Assembly (NCBI GenBank): GCA_963819655.1 | Contig: CAWFXA010000002.1 | Location: 1,056,001-1,120,000, forward strand | Direction of reading: 5' to 3' | Source of the DNA: an uncultured Chloroflexia bacterium | GTDB lineage: Bacteria > Chloroflexota > Limnocylindria > Limnocylindrales > CSP1-4 | DNA length: 64,000 nucleotides | Part shown: positions 49,979-60,571 of the stretch, one piece after another | Position numbering within the stretch: position 1 is the stretch's first letter | Layout: each line of letters begins with the position of its first letter | Translations under genes and position numbers: made by a program | Notes under the pieces: model-generated | What the model saw: only the letters and a program-made list of their open reading frames with translations | Databases searched by the model: none | What the model was told of the DNA's origin: nothing

Positions 49979-51445
49979 TTGCTCAATGCGTCGGTCGGCG
50001 TCCAGCGCGTCCTTGGCCGCGTGCGCCGCACCTCGATCGACTCGATCACCGAGATGACGATCCCCAGTCGACCCCGTGTGTCGACGCGTGTGTCTCGATC
50101 GCGATACGGGTACATGGCGACATCCGCCCACGTCTATCCAGTCCCCCGCCGACGACGGCGGGCCTTCGTGCTGCCGTCGTTGTCCTTCCATCGACCGAAT
50201 ATCCGGTCGATGGCGCGCTCGTTCCCGCGACTCGCCCGACACGCGTTCGTCGGTCTCGGCCACGAGCGGGTGGTGGCCATCGCCGCCGCCGGCATCCTGC
50301 TGTCGGCCTCGCTCCTGAGCGTCGCTCCGGGCGGGCCGTCCGGTGACACGGGTGGCCCATCGGGCGACGGCAAGGCGCCACGTCTGGCGATCGCCGGATC
50401 GGGTGACGGCGATGACGTCGGCACCGTGGAGGAGGATTACGTCACCCAGGGTGAGGGTGGCGCCGCTGGGACCCTCGCGCACCCGGATCTCGAGCCCACG
50501 GAGATCGACAGCTCCGCGACCTACGACCTCGACCCGGTCAATCGAGCCGGTATCGCGGTCGCCCTGGCGGGCAAGGAGGCCACGATCGCGGGGCCGTTCC
50601 TCGCCGACGGCACCCTGCTCAAGCCGGTCGCGGTCGACACCACGGTGCCGGACGGCAGCGCCCTCATGAAGACGTACCGCGTGAAATCAGGCGACACGCT
50701 GGCCAAGATCGCCGGCCGCTTCGACGTCACGACGATGACCCTGTGGTGGGCGAACGACCTCAAGGCGAAGGATCGCCTCGTCGTCGGCCAGTATCTGCGG
50801 ATCCCGCCAGTCAGCGGTCTCGTGATCGAGGTCACCCCGCTCGACACCCTACCTGCCCTGTCGGCCCAGTACGACGTCCCCGAGCAGGAGATCCTGACCA
50901 CGAACGGCCTCGATGATCGCAACCTCGTGGTCGGTCAGGTCCTGATGCTGCCGGGTGCGCTCGGCAAGGGCATCTCGGTCCCGAAGCCGCCCAAGAGGAC
51001 CGTGTCGTCTCCGGTCAAGCCGCGCAACACCGGGACGCGACCGACCGTCCGCCCGCCGCGGACCTACAGCGGCGGCAACATGTCGTGGCCGACCTCCAGT
51101 CGGCACATCAGCCAGTACTTCCACTACGGCCACTACGGCATCGACATCGACGGATCGACCGGTGACCCGATCTTCGCCAGCGCGTCCGGCACGGTGATCT
51201 TCGCCGGCTGGAAGAACAACGGCGGGGGCTACCAGGTCTGGGTCGCCCACGGCTCCGGGCTGTACACGACGTACAACCACATGTCGAGCGTGTCGGTCGG
51301 GCGTGGTCAGAGCGTCGGACGCGGGCAGCGCGTCGGGCGCATGGGATCGACCGGGTTCGCCACCGGCTCGCACCTCCACTTCGAGGTGTGGAAGGGCCGG
51401 ATCTGGGACGGCGGCCACCGGGTCAACCCGCTCGCCTACCTCTAA
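49979..51445 (+). CDS. Membrane-anchored 2xLysM + M23 peptidase (start uncertain)
   Basis: YRVKSGDTL LysM, HYGIDI, YNH, HLHFEV. Confidence 0.9.
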   Translation: MLNASVGVQRVLGRVRRTSIDSITEMTIPSRPRVSTRVSRSRYGYMATSAHVYPVPRRRRRAFVLPSLSFHRPNIRSMARSFPRLARHAFVGLGHERVVAIAAAGILLSASLLSVAPGGPSGDTGGPSGDGKAPRLAIAGSGDGDDVGTVEEDYVTQGEGGAAGTLAHPDLEPTEIDSSATYDLDPVNRAGIAVALAGKEATIAGPFLADGTLLKPVAVDTTVPDGSALMKTYRVKSGDTLAKIAGRFDVTTMTLWWANDLKAKDRLVVGQYLRIPPVSGLVIEVTPLDTLPALSAQYDVPEQEILTTNGLDDRNLVVGQVLMLPGALGKGISVPKPPKRTVSSPVKPRNTGTRPTVRPPRTYSGGNMSWPTSSRHISQYFHYGHYGIDIDGSTGDPIFASASGTVIFAGWKNNGGGYQVWVAHGSGLYTTYNHMSSVSVGRGQSVGRGQRVGRMGSTGFATGSHLHFEVWKGRIWDGGHRVNPLAYL

Positions 51446-51514
51446 CCCGGACCTCGCCCAGGCCGCGCCCCGCGGCTGCCCAGCGAACGGGTCGGACCCA
51501 TTGCCCGTGCGAGA

Positions 51515-52819
51515 ATGGCCGCGATGTTCCTCGACCGCGTGAAGATCTGGGTCCGCGCCGGCGATGGTGGCGACGGGGCCGCGACCTTCCGCCAGGAGGC
51601 CCATGTGCCGCGCGGAGGACCCGACGGCGGCGACGGTGGCCGGGGCGGGTCGGTGCATCTGCGTGTCGATGCCGGCCAGACGACGCTCCGCGATTTCCAG
51701 TACCGCCACCACTTCAAGGCGACCCCGGGTGGGCGTGGCACGCGGGCCAGGCGGCACGGCAAGGCCGGCGACGACCTGATCCTCGACGTCCCGCCCGGGA
51801 CCGCCGTCCTGGAGGACGATTCGGGCGCGCTCCTCGCCGATCTCGTGGCGACCGGCCAGCAGGCCATCGTCGCCCGTGGTGGCCGCGGCGGCCTCGGGAA
51901 CACCCACTTCAAGACTTCCACCCATCAGGCGCCGCGCCATGCGCAGAAGGGCGAACCCGGCGAGGAGCACTGGCTGCGCCTGGAGCTGCGGCTCATCGCC
52001 GACGTCGGGCTGGTCGGTCTGCCGAACGCGGGCAAGTCCACGATCCTCGCGGCGCTGACCGCGGCGCAACCGAAGATCGCCGACTACCCGTTCACGACGC
52101 TCGAGCCCAACCTCGGCGTCATGGACCTCGGCGATGAGGACGAGCGACGGCCCACGATCGCCGACGTCCCCGGCCTGATCGAAGGTGCGTCGAGCGGGGC
52201 CGGCCTCGGTCACGCGTTCCTGCGCCACATCGAGCGGACGAGGATCCTCGTCCACGTCGTCGATGGGTCGTCGCGTGATCCCGAATGGGACTATGACGTC
52301 ATCCGCGAGGAGCTACGGGCACATGACCCGGCGCTCCTCGAGAAGCCGATGCTCGTGACCTTCAACAAGCTCGACCTCCCGGCTGCCCAGGAAGCGTGGC
52401 CGGCATTCGATCGTGCGCGGCGAGCGGAGGGTCAGGAGACGATCGCCATCGCCGCGGCCACCGGGGAGGGGCTGGACGCGTTCCGTGCCCGCGTCGCCGA
52501 CCTGTTGCCCTCCGCCGAGGAGCTCGAGGCGCCGCCCGAGCCGTCGGGCGTCGTCGTCCATCGGATCGAGGCCATGACCGACGGCTTCGTCGTCCAGCGC
52601 GACGCCGACGGTGCCTTCCGGGTGCGCGGCAAGCGCATCGAACGGATCGCCGCGCAGACCAACTTCGATGTCGAGGAATCGGCCGAACGTTTCCAGCGCG
52701 ATCTCGCGAAGCTCGGGATCGATACCGAGTTGCGCCGCGCCGGCGTCGCGACCGGCGACCTGGTCCGGATCGGCGGCGCCGAGCTCGAGTGGGAGCGGCA
52801 GCCGTGGGAGGAGGCGTGA
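51515..52819 (+). CDS. obgE: GTPase Obg/CgtA
   Basis: GGPDGGDGGRGG, GLPNAGKST, YPFTTL, DVPG, NKLD. Confidence 0.97.
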   Translation: MAAMFLDRVKIWVRAGDGGDGAATFRQEAHVPRGGPDGGDGGRGGSVHLRVDAGQTTLRDFQYRHHFKATPGGRGTRARRHGKAGDDLILDVPPGTAVLEDDSGALLADLVATGQQAIVARGGRGGLGNTHFKTSTHQAPRHAQKGEPGEEHWLRLELRLIADVGLVGLPNAGKSTILAALTAAQPKIADYPFTTLEPNLGVMDLGDEDERRPTIADVPGLIEGASSGAGLGHAFLRHIERTRILVHVVDGSSRDPEWDYDVIREELRAHDPALLEKPMLVTFNKLDLPAAQEAWPAFDRARRAEGQETIAIAAATGEGLDAFRARVADLLPSAEELEAPPEPSGVVVHRIEAMTDGFVVQRDADGAFRVRGKRIERIAAQTNFDVEESAERFQRDLAKLGIDTELRRAGVATGDLVRIGGAELEWERQPWEEA

Positions 52820-53454
52820 CCGACGGCCTCCGTGGCGCCACCGGCGTCTTCGGCGGCACGTTCGACCCGATCCACGTCGCCCATCTCGCGATCGCCGAGG
52901 CGGCCCGGGACACGTGCGACCTGCGCCGCGTCCTGTTCATCCCGGCTGCCGAGCCGCCGCATAAACCCGGCCGGCAGATCACGGCGGTCGGGCATCGACT
53001 CGCGATGGTCGAGCTGGCCCTCGTCGGCAACGCGGGGTTCAAGGTCAGCCGGATCGAAGTCGACCGACCCGGCCCGTCCTACACCGTCGATACGCTGGAG
53101 GCGCTGCGGGCGGTCGACGTCAACGACCGCCTCGCGCTGATCCTGTCCGCCGAGTCATTCGCCGAGCTGCCCACGTGGCGCGAACCGGAGCGGATCCTCG
53201 AGCTCGCCAGCTTGATCGTGGCGCCACGCGACGGATACCTCGCGGTGGATGCGGCAGTCGTGGAGCGCAACGTGTCGCTGGCAGGCGCTCAGGCGGTCTT
53301 CCTCGACGGCCCGCGGATACGCCTGTCGGCGTCGGAGATCCGCGAACGCGCCGCGGCTGGGCGTTCCCTGCGCTATCTCGTCCCGGATGCGGTCGCGGCG
53401 TATATCAGCGACCATTCCCTCTACCAAGACTCACGGAGGACCGATCGATCGTGA
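52816..53454 (+). CDS. nadD: Nicotinate-nucleotide adenylyltransferase
   Basis: GGTFDPIHVAH, PPHK, SYTVDTL, SASEIR. Confidence 0.93.
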   Translation: MTDGLRGATGVFGGTFDPIHVAHLAIAEAARDTCDLRRVLFIPAAEPPHKPGRQITAVGHRLAMVELALVGNAGFKVSRIEVDRPGPSYTVDTLEALRAVDVNDRLALILSAESFAELPTWREPERILELASLIVAPRDGYLAVDAAVVERNVSLAGAQAVFLDGPRIRLSASEIRERAAAGRSLRYLVPDAVAAYISDHSLYQDSRRTDRS

Positions 53455-53882
53455 CCGACCCCGCGCTCCCGAACGCCGTGGCGCCCAGCGCCGACGGTCT
53501 GCCGCGACGCGCCACCCCAGCGCCCACCACCGACGAGCGAGCCGCGCTCGACCTCGCCCGCCGCGTCGTCGAGCTCGCCGAGGACAAGAAGGCGGCCGAC
53601 ATGGTCGTGCTCGAGCTCGCGCCGCTGACGACCCTCGCGGACTACTTCGTGATCTGCTCGGGTGGGTCGGAACGCCAGCTGGATGCGATCGCGGACGGGA
53701 TCGTCTCGGGGCTGCGCGACGAGAAGGTGCGACCGATCGGGCGCGAGGGGACCGCCGCGTCCCACTGGGTGTTACTCGATTTCGGGTCGGTGATCGTCCA
53801 CATCTTCACGCCGCCCGAGCGCGACTACTACGGCCTCGAGAAGCACTGGTCGGAAGCGAAGACGATCCTGCGGGTTCAGTAG
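53451..53882 (+). CDS. rsfS: Ribosome silencing factor
   Basis: DKKAAD, ADYFVICSG, WVLLDFG..IVHIF..ERDYYGLEKHW. Confidence 0.95.
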   Translation: MTDPALPNAVAPSADGLPRRATPAPTTDERAALDLARRVVELAEDKKAADMVVLELAPLTTLADYFVICSGGSERQLDAIADGIVSGLRDEKVRPIGREGTAASHWVLLDFGSVIVHIFTPPERDYYGLEKHWSEAKTILRVQ

Positions 53883-54003
53883 CGGCACCCACTGGGTCGC
53901 CCCGTGGGCCTCCTTGTCGCAGCGCTAGCCAGTAACCCGTACTGATGGGTGGGGTACCGTCGGGTCATGATGGGCGCGCGAACGCGCGTGCAGCATCCGC
54001 GGC

Positions 54004-54258
54004 ATGTCCACTTCGCGCGATCGCTGCCCAGCCTGCGGTCACCGGCTCATCACGACCCGGTTCGACACGACGTTCCGGTTGCCCGACCGGAGCGAGCGGC
54101 TGTGCTTCGGCATCCCGGGTGGGCTCTGCGAGGACTGCTCGCAGCTCTACATCGATCCTGATCTGATCGAGTTGCTCGACCTCGCCGAAGGCCGTTGCGT
54201 CTTCGCGATCGAGAGCGACCTCGTCGTCCAGGAGCAGGCCTGGTCGTCCGCCGACTGA
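54004..54258 (+). CDS. Small Zn-ribbon protein (YgiT-type CxxC...CxxC)
   Basis: CPACG ... IPGGLCEDCSQLYID. Confidence 0.6.
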   Translation: MSTSRDRCPACGHRLITTRFDTTFRLPDRSERLCFGIPGGLCEDCSQLYIDPDLIELLDLAEGRCVFAIESDLVVQEQAWSSAD

Positions 54259-54285
54259 TGGTCTGAGCGCGCGCCGGTCCCGGGG

Positions 54286-55353
54286 TCAGCCGGGACCGCC
54301 GCGCCGACCACGCTCACCTGCGTGCTGGCGAACCCAGAGCAGAAAAGCCAACCGACGCTGGGCCATGTCGGTCTCGAAGCCGGGCGCACCCTTCACCATC
54401 GCATCGAGTTCGACCAGGCCGCGCAGGGCGGCCGTGAGCTCGTCCGTCGTCCAGTTGCGGGCCTGGGCGGCGAGGGTCTTCGCCCGGTATTCGCTCGTGA
54501 TGCCCATCGCGCGTGCCGCGTCCGGCAGCTTCGCGCCCGACGCCACCCGATCGCCGAGCTCCAGCAGCTCGACGACCCGCCGATGCAGGACCGCGAGCAG
54601 GACGGGTTCCGGGGTGGATTCGAGCAGTCGCTCGAGCGCGGTCGCGGCGACATCGACCCGCCGCTCGCCGATGGCGTCGCTAAGGGCCCACACCGACGCC
54701 GGCGTCGTCTCGGCCACGAGCGCCCGCACGTCGTCGGCCGTCACCGGACTCTCGTCGATGGCGTGACGGAGGGCCAGCTTGTCGAGCTCGCCCGACGCGA
54801 TCCGGCTGATGAACCGCCGGTCGACGTCGCCTTCGGTGACTCGCGCGCCAAGTCGATCGGCCAGCTCCCGTGCCGCTCCGGTGGCCAACGCCAGCCCCCG
54901 ATCGCGCGACTCGTCGGTGATCCAGGCCGCGAGAGCCGTGGGTCGTGGGGCCATCGCGTCGCGGATCGAGCCGCCGGCCGCCTTGACGGCATCGGACAGA
55001 CGGCGCGGCCCGGGACCTTTGGCGTTCGATTTCGCGGCCTCGATGAACACGAGCGCATGCCCGGGTGCCATCAGCCCGATCGTCTCGATGACCCGATCGC
55101 GCGTGTCGTTGCGGCGGACGAGGGCGCCGGGGTTGGCGACGACCGCCATCGTGCCGCCGCCGAACATCGAGGGCGTCGCGAGGCGCTCGTACAGCTGGGC
55201 AGCATCTGCCGTTGCGGTCATCAGGTCGGCGCGCAGGTCCCAGCGTTCCAGCGGTGAGCCGAGCTCCTTGCCGAGGGCGGTGGCGAAGCGGCCGACCAAC
55301 CGCTGAGCGAGCAGCTCGTCATCGCCCCAGACGTAGAGCAGCGGCGCGATCAC
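54286..55353 (-). CDS. holA: DNA polymerase III delta subunit
   Basis: LLYVWGDD, TPSMFGG, ELDKL, VWALSDAI, LDAMVKG; position after comEC. Confidence 0.85.
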   Translation of the reverse strand: MIAPLLYVWGDDELLAQRLVGRFATALGKELGSPLERWDLRADLMTATADAAQLYERLATPSMFGGGTMAVVANPGALVRRNDTRDRVIETIGLMAPGHALVFIEAAKSNAKGPGPRRLSDAVKAAGGSIRDAMAPRPTALAAWITDESRDRGLALATGAARELADRLGARVTEGDVDRRFISRIASGELDKLALRHAIDESPVTADDVRALVAETTPASVWALSDAIGERRVDVAATALERLLESTPEPVLLAVLHRRVVELLELGDRVASGAKLPDAARAMGITSEYRAKTLAAQARNWTTDELTAALRGLVELDAMVKGAPGFETDMAQRRLAFLLWVRQHAGERGRRGGPG

Positions 55354-55365
55354 GCCGCCAGCAAC

Positions 55366-57991
55366 TCAGCGCTGCGCCCACCGACCCAGCCGTGCCGGTC
55401 GACGAGCACCCATCGCGACGGCCGACGCGGGGAGGGCAGGACAGCGGCCTGGCAGATGCCCGGGATCGTCATCCGGGCGATGGTACCCGAGGGTCTGCCC
55501 AGCCTCATGGGGACGCGTCGGCGTCGGGCGTGGCGCTTCCGGGACGAACGGCTGCAGCGGCACGTCACACAGGAATGTCGCAGTCACGGGCGCCTGCGCG
55601 ACTGGCACTGCCGCCACCACGCGACGTGGAGCGGTCTTCACCGTCATCCCGGACGCTTCGAACGTCACGCTGACCGACCCGTCCTGATCCGTCCGATAGA
55701 CGCGGGCTCCGGCGATGGCCAGCCGCTCGAGGGTGGCTCGAGCCGGATGCCCGTACGGGTTCCCGGCGCCGGCCGAGGCGATCGCCACGCGCGGCCGGAC
55801 GGCTGACACGAACTCCTCCGTCGTGGCTGTTCGGCTTCCGTGGTGGGCGACCTTCAACAGGTCGAGCCTCGGCAACCCGCCCGTGAGCAGCGTCGGGTCG
55901 ATCTCTTCCTCCACGTCCCCGGCGAGCAGGAACCGGCGATCGCCGACGCTGCCGAGCAGCACGACCGACACGTTGTTGATCCCGGTCCCCGAGTCGGTCG
56001 GCTCGGCCGGGACCTCTCCGCGGATCGGCCACAGGACACTGAGGCCGATCTCGTCGACCGTCAGCCGATCACCCGCGGCGATCGAGGCGTGCATCGATGG
56101 ACCCGGTCGTCCGACGCGCTCGAGCCATGCCGCGTACCCCGGACCCGGTCCGCGCATGCCCGGCTCGAGGACGCGTCCGACCCGGTATCGATCGAGCAGA
56201 AGCGCCAGGCCGGCCACGTGATCCTCGTGCGGGTGGCTGAGGACGACGACGTCGATTCGACGGTCCCACGGCGGGATCAGGCGATCGAGCTCGACGAGCA
56301 GGCGGTCGGGATCCGGCCCACCGTCGACCAGCAGCCGGCCTCCGTGCGAGCCTTCCACCAGGATCGCGTCACCCTGCCCGACATCGAGCACGGTCACGCG
56401 CGCCACCCCTTCGGGGCGGGTGATCGCCACGGCGCCTGCGACAGCGACTGCGACGATAAGACCGACCGAGGCGAGTCGAACCAGCATCGGTCGTGGACTT
56501 GCGGCGGTCGGCCGCGTGCGGTCGAGGCCTCGCGCGACGTTGACTGGTCGCCGCCATCGCCCCCGCCGACGCCGCACGGCCATCACCACCGCCGCGAGCA
56601 ACGCGCTCCCGAACCCCAGCACCGCGCCCGTCGCAGGTTCGAACGACACGCTGGCCATGGGGATCGCTGCGGCGACGTCGACGATCCCGATGATCGCCCG
56701 CAGGGCGACCCAGCCCGGCGCGGCCAGGACCATGCCGATCGCCTCGGGCGCCCCGACCGCGACCAGCGCTCCTCCCAGCAGGGCGACCAGACCGGCCGCC
56801 ATCGCCGGCGCGACGAGCGGGACGACCAGCAGGTTGACCGCCGGCGCGATGACCGCCAGCCGGCCGAACGACACAAGCACGATCGGCAACGTCGCCGCCT
56901 GGGCCGCGAGCGAGACGCCGAGGCTCTCGGACAACCAGCGCGGCAGCCGACCGCGCGTCCACCGATCGAGGCGCTCGGTGAGCGGCGTCGCCCAGGCGAT
57001 GAGACCGCCGGTCGCCAGTGTCGACAGCTGGAAGCCGGCGTCGCCGATGAGGGCGGGATCGACCAGGAGCAAGAGCGCGACAGCCCAGCCGAGGGCAGCG
57101 GCCGCCCGGCCGGCGCGGCCCGTCTCGCGTGCGAACAGGACGACGCCGGCCATCGCGCCCGCGCGCAGGACCGACGGAGACGCACCCGCGAAGGCGATAT
57201 AGGCGACGATCGCAGCGGCGGTGACGACGGTCCGCCGGCGCCGACCGAGACGTCCGGCAATGGCTGCGATGGCGGCCGCGACGATCGCGATGTTCCAGCC
57301 CGAGATCGCGACGATGTGGCTGACGCCGGCGGTCGTGAACGTCGCCGCGACGCCCCGATCCACCCGGTCGCGTAGCCCGATCAGGATGCCCGCGGCAAGG
57401 CCTGCCTCAGGTTCCGGGAGCACGCGAGTCAGCAGCTCACCCGCATCGCGTCTGAGTCCCTCGAGTCTGGAGCCGGGATCGGTCGGCCGCTCGCGGACCT
57501 CGAGAGTCCGCGCATCGAGCGTCCCCCACGCGCCGATCCGGTCCAGGTAGGCGCCGTACGGGCTGTCGGGTCGTTCGCGTGCGCGGCCGGTGACGACGAC
57601 GCGGTCGCCCGGCTCGACAGGCGGATAGCGCGGGAGCGTGCCGGCGACCCGGAAGCCAGCACCGCCGGCCTCGAGCGTCCTGAGCGTCGCGACCTGGTGA
57701 CCCTCGCGTGGCGCGCCGACAGTCTCGACGACCATCACCCACGGCCCGGAGCCGTTCGGCGTGCCGGTGAGCTCGGTCGACGCAGGCCCCAGGACGCCGC
57801 GCACGAGGATGGCGACCGCACCGACGACCAGCGCGAGTCCGCGCGTCCGCGAGCCGCTGCTCGAGCCAGGCGGTCGCGACCAGCACCGCGGCCGCCCCGA
57901 CCAGCACGGCGGCGATCGGGCGTGCGTCATGCAACGAGATCGCGACTGCGCCAAGCGCCACCCCGATGGCGAGCCAGCCGCTCCGCGGCAC
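55366..57991 (-). CDS. comEC: Competence protein ComEC/Rec2 (indel near 57850)
   Basis: HIVAISGWN, SVLRA, GFQLS, DVGQGD, SHPHEDHVAG, KVAHHGS, NPYGHP. Confidence 0.92.
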
Positions 57992-57992
57992 G

Positions 57993-58712
57993 TCAGCCGA
58001 CCGTGACCAGGTCGCGCAGCTTCTCGAACGTCTTCTCGCCGAGGATGCCGCGTGTTCGGAGGTCCTCGACGGCCGCGAAAGGTGCCTCCTCGCGAGCTCC
58101 GATGATCTTCTCGGCGGTCGCCGGCCCGACACCGGGCAACTCCTCGAGCTCGCTCTGCGTGGCGCGGTTCAGGTCGACAAGCCCACCCGCTGTCCCGCCA
58201 GTTGTGGGACTGCCGGTCGGGCCGCCCGCAGCAACGTCGTCGCGTGACGGGACGCGCAGGTGATCGCCATCACGCAAGGGCGCGGCAAGGTTGAGCTCCT
58301 GTTCGGCTCTCGCGGTGTCGACGCGCGGTCCGTAGCCGCCGGCGAGCTCCACGAGGTCGCCGACGCGCGATCCGGCTGGCAACCGGTAGACACCGGGCGC
58401 CGGGACGGCACCGACGATCTCGACGACGAGCTCCGTCCCGACGACCGCACCCGCCGACGAGGACGGATCTGCCTGACCACCGATCGGCAAGGGTGAGCCG
58501 CCGTCGATCGTGACGGTCCCCTCGCCGCCGCCTGCCGCGAGGATGAACGCCGCGATCGCACATGCGACGGCGGCGCCACCGATCGCGACCGCCTTGACGA
58601 TCGTCGCGGTTCCAAGAGCAGGCGCCGAGCGCTCCGCCACCGGGGCTCTTTGGGTGGCGTCAGGTGGTGCGGCGTCGAGCACACGCCAGGGCGGGGTCGC
58701 GGTGGGGTCCAT
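57993..58712 (-). CDS. comEA: Competence protein ComEA (SLBB + HhH)
   Basis: TM helix, VEIVGAVPAPGVY, LNLAAPLRDG, DLNRAT..ELEELPGVGP. Confidence 0.92.
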   Translation of the reverse strand: MDPTATPPWRVLDAAPPDATQRAPVAERSAPALGTATIVKAVAIGGAAVACAIAAFILAAGGGEGTVTIDGGSPLPIGGQADPSSSAGAVVGTELVVEIVGAVPAPGVYRLPAGSRVGDLVELAGGYGPRVDTARAEQELNLAAPLRDGDHLRVPSRDDVAAGGPTGSPTTGGTAGGLVDLNRATQSELEELPGVGPATAEKIIGAREEAPFAAVEDLRTRGILGEKTFEKLRDLVTVG

Positions 58713-58891
58713 GGTCGCGCTCCGCGGCGGGCGGCCCGACGAGGCGCCGGACAGCCCGACGCCCCGCGATGTCGGGGGCACTTCCGACGCGGCGGGGCGT
58801 CTCTGCGGACCTTATCGAGAACCGATTAGCTGCGACTTATCCGCTGCGCGCCATTGAAAACCTGCAATAGATATCCACCAACTGACCAAGG

Positions 58892-58928
58892 GAGTTCGAC
58901 ATGACCAGGCATCGGCCGAGTCGAACTC
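58892..58928. other. Hairpin downstream of the DUF4389 gene (possible terminator)
   Basis: GAGTTCGAC-N19-GTCGAACTC. Confidence 0.4.
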
Positions 58929-58958
58929 TGGTCTGCGTGTTGCCTCACGCGTCCACGC

Positions 58959-59603
58959 TCATTCCCTGAGGCTGAATGGCGGGTATCGGTCGGTGACCAG
59001 CAGGAACGCGTAGGCGGCTACTCGTAGACCCCAACGGCCAACCCCCACCACAAAGTCGAAGAGTGATCGCGGGTAGCGTCCGGTGAAGAGGATGGCGAAC
59101 CAGGCGATGACAACCGCAACGAGCGCGGCGAGCAAGAGCACAGCGAGCACGAGGTAGTGCGGGATCGCCAGCAGCCATTTCACCAGCGGCAACCAGCGGT
59201 TGAGGTCTCGCTCGACGTCGGGGTAGTCGATCTCCAGGTGCACCGCCTGCTCGTCGACAGTCGACGGGTAGCGATCCGTGAGCAAGGCGAAGTAGGCACC
59301 GATTCGCGCCCCGAAGCGCGTCAGCTCTCGGGCGAAGTCGAACCACCAGCGCGGGTACCGCACCCGGCTTGCGATCATCAGCAAGGTGGCGAGCCACAGC
59401 CCGCCGGAGATCCCCCCGCCGGTGGTGACCACTTGGTCGCCGGTCTCGGTTACGACGGTCTCGTTCCCGGTCGCGGTGAGCAGGCTGTAAATGACGGCGA
59501 TCGGGATGATCCAGATCATCCGGAGCAATGTGGTCAGCCGGTCCAGCTGTTCTGGATAGTCGACCGTCAGTCGCGCGGCGTATGGCTCGGGCGGAGTGAC
59601 CAT
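58959..59603 (-). CDS. DUF4389 membrane protein
   Basis: Two repeats of RYPR..FDF......LLTDRYP. Confidence 0.85.
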   Translation of the reverse strand: MVTPPEPYAARLTVDYPEQLDRLTTLLRMIWIIPIAVIYSLLTATGNETVVTETGDQVVTTGGGISGGLWLATLLMIASRVRYPRWWFDFARELTRFGARIGAYFALLTDRYPSTVDEQAVHLEIDYPDVERDLNRWLPLVKWLLAIPHYLVLAVLLLAALVAVVIAWFAILFTGRYPRSLFDFVVGVGRWGLRVAAYAFLLVTDRYPPFSLRE

Positions 59604-59636
59604 GGTGTCCCTTCCAGTCGTAGGGGGGTTAGTGGG

Positions 59637-60032
59637 TTACGAGGGAGAGGCGGGTGGCGGCATCTGAGCGGCAAACACCTGCGTCAGGTCCGGCGTGGTG
59701 ATCGGGTCATCTTCCACGATCCTTCCAGCGGCCAGACGGTAGTAGGTGAGGCCCCGGGCCATGATCTTCTCCCCGGTTGGGAGGGTGATCGCGTATGTGA
59801 AGCGAGCGACCACCGCATCTCCTTCGGCGACCAGGTCCTGGATTTCCATCCGGCCACCGGGGCCGGCCGAGTTGGCGTTCAGCCACGCCTTGAAGCCGGC
59901 GCGGTCCATGCCGCCCATCCCGCGGTTCACGTAGTCCGCAGCCAGTAGGTCGTCGACCAGGTCGACGTGGCCACCGACGAGCACCTCGGTGATGTACCGA
60001 CGGACGACGGCCTTGTTCTGCTCTATCGACAT
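59637..60032 (-). CDS. SnoaL-like ester cyclase / NTF2-fold protein
   Basis: NKAVVRRY, LVAEGDAVVARF, GRIVE. Confidence 0.82.
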   Translation of the reverse strand: MSIEQNKAVVRRYITEVLVGGHVDLVDDLLAADYVNRGMGGMDRAGFKAWLNANSAGPGGRMEIQDLVAEGDAVVARFTYAITLPTGEKIMARGLTYYRLAAGRIVEDDPITTPDLTQVFAAQMPPPASPS

Positions 60033-60166
60033 CTCGACTTTCCTCGGTTGAAGTGGGCCGGCCTACCAGTATGGCCCCGGTCACCAAGCCGCCTAGACCA
60101 GCGCATGGGCTGGCTGATACCGCGTTGCCATCAACGATCGAGCGGCGCTACCTGGGACTTACCGGC

Positions 60167-60571
60167 CTAGATTTGCTCCCAGTCGACCCACCGGGTGCCG
60201 TCCCACCAGCGGTGCCAGACGCGGCCGTCGCGGCCGGGCGCGAAGACGTCGATGCGGTCGGCGCCCCACGACGATGCGGCCGGCGTCCCGGTCAGCTCGC
60301 CGCCGAGTGACTCCCAGTCGTGCCAGGACGTGCCGTCCCAGTAGCGGTTCCAGAGCTGGCCGTCGTCGAAGATCGCGAAGACCTGGAGCTCGTCGACGCC
60401 CCATGCGGTCGCCGCGGGCGCCGACGCCAGCGGGCCACCGAGTGACGTCGGCTCGGACCAGCGGTCGCCGTCGAACGAACGTGCACGAGCTCGCGCGATC
60501 TCACCGACCGTGAACAGGTCGATGCGGTCGGTTCCCCACGAGACGGCAGCGGTCGCGGCGGGTGTCGTCAC
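60167..60571 (-). CDS. Small PLL/fucose-lectin-type beta-propeller repeat protein (3 blades)
   Basis: Three repeats of A.SWG.DRID.F...G..WHRWWDG..W..WESLGG. Confidence 0.75.
   Translation of the reverse strand: MTTPAATAAVSWGTDRIDLFTVGEIARARARSFDGDRWSEPTSLGGPLASAPAATAWGVDELQVFAIFDDGQLWNRYWDGTSWHDWESLGGELTGTPAASSWGADRIDVFAPGRDGRVWHRWWDGTRWVDWEQI

Noticed and set aside
5226-57991. About 15 frameshifts (near 5485, 7830, 8415, 10142, 23461, 31735, 36865, 38260-38300, 40075, 41550-42530, 57850) as programmed frameshifting or pseudogenisation
   Set aside because: They are single-base indels in unrelated genes with no shared slippery motif, and the flanks are intact without nonsense decay. This is typical of long-read assembly error; raw reads would confirm.
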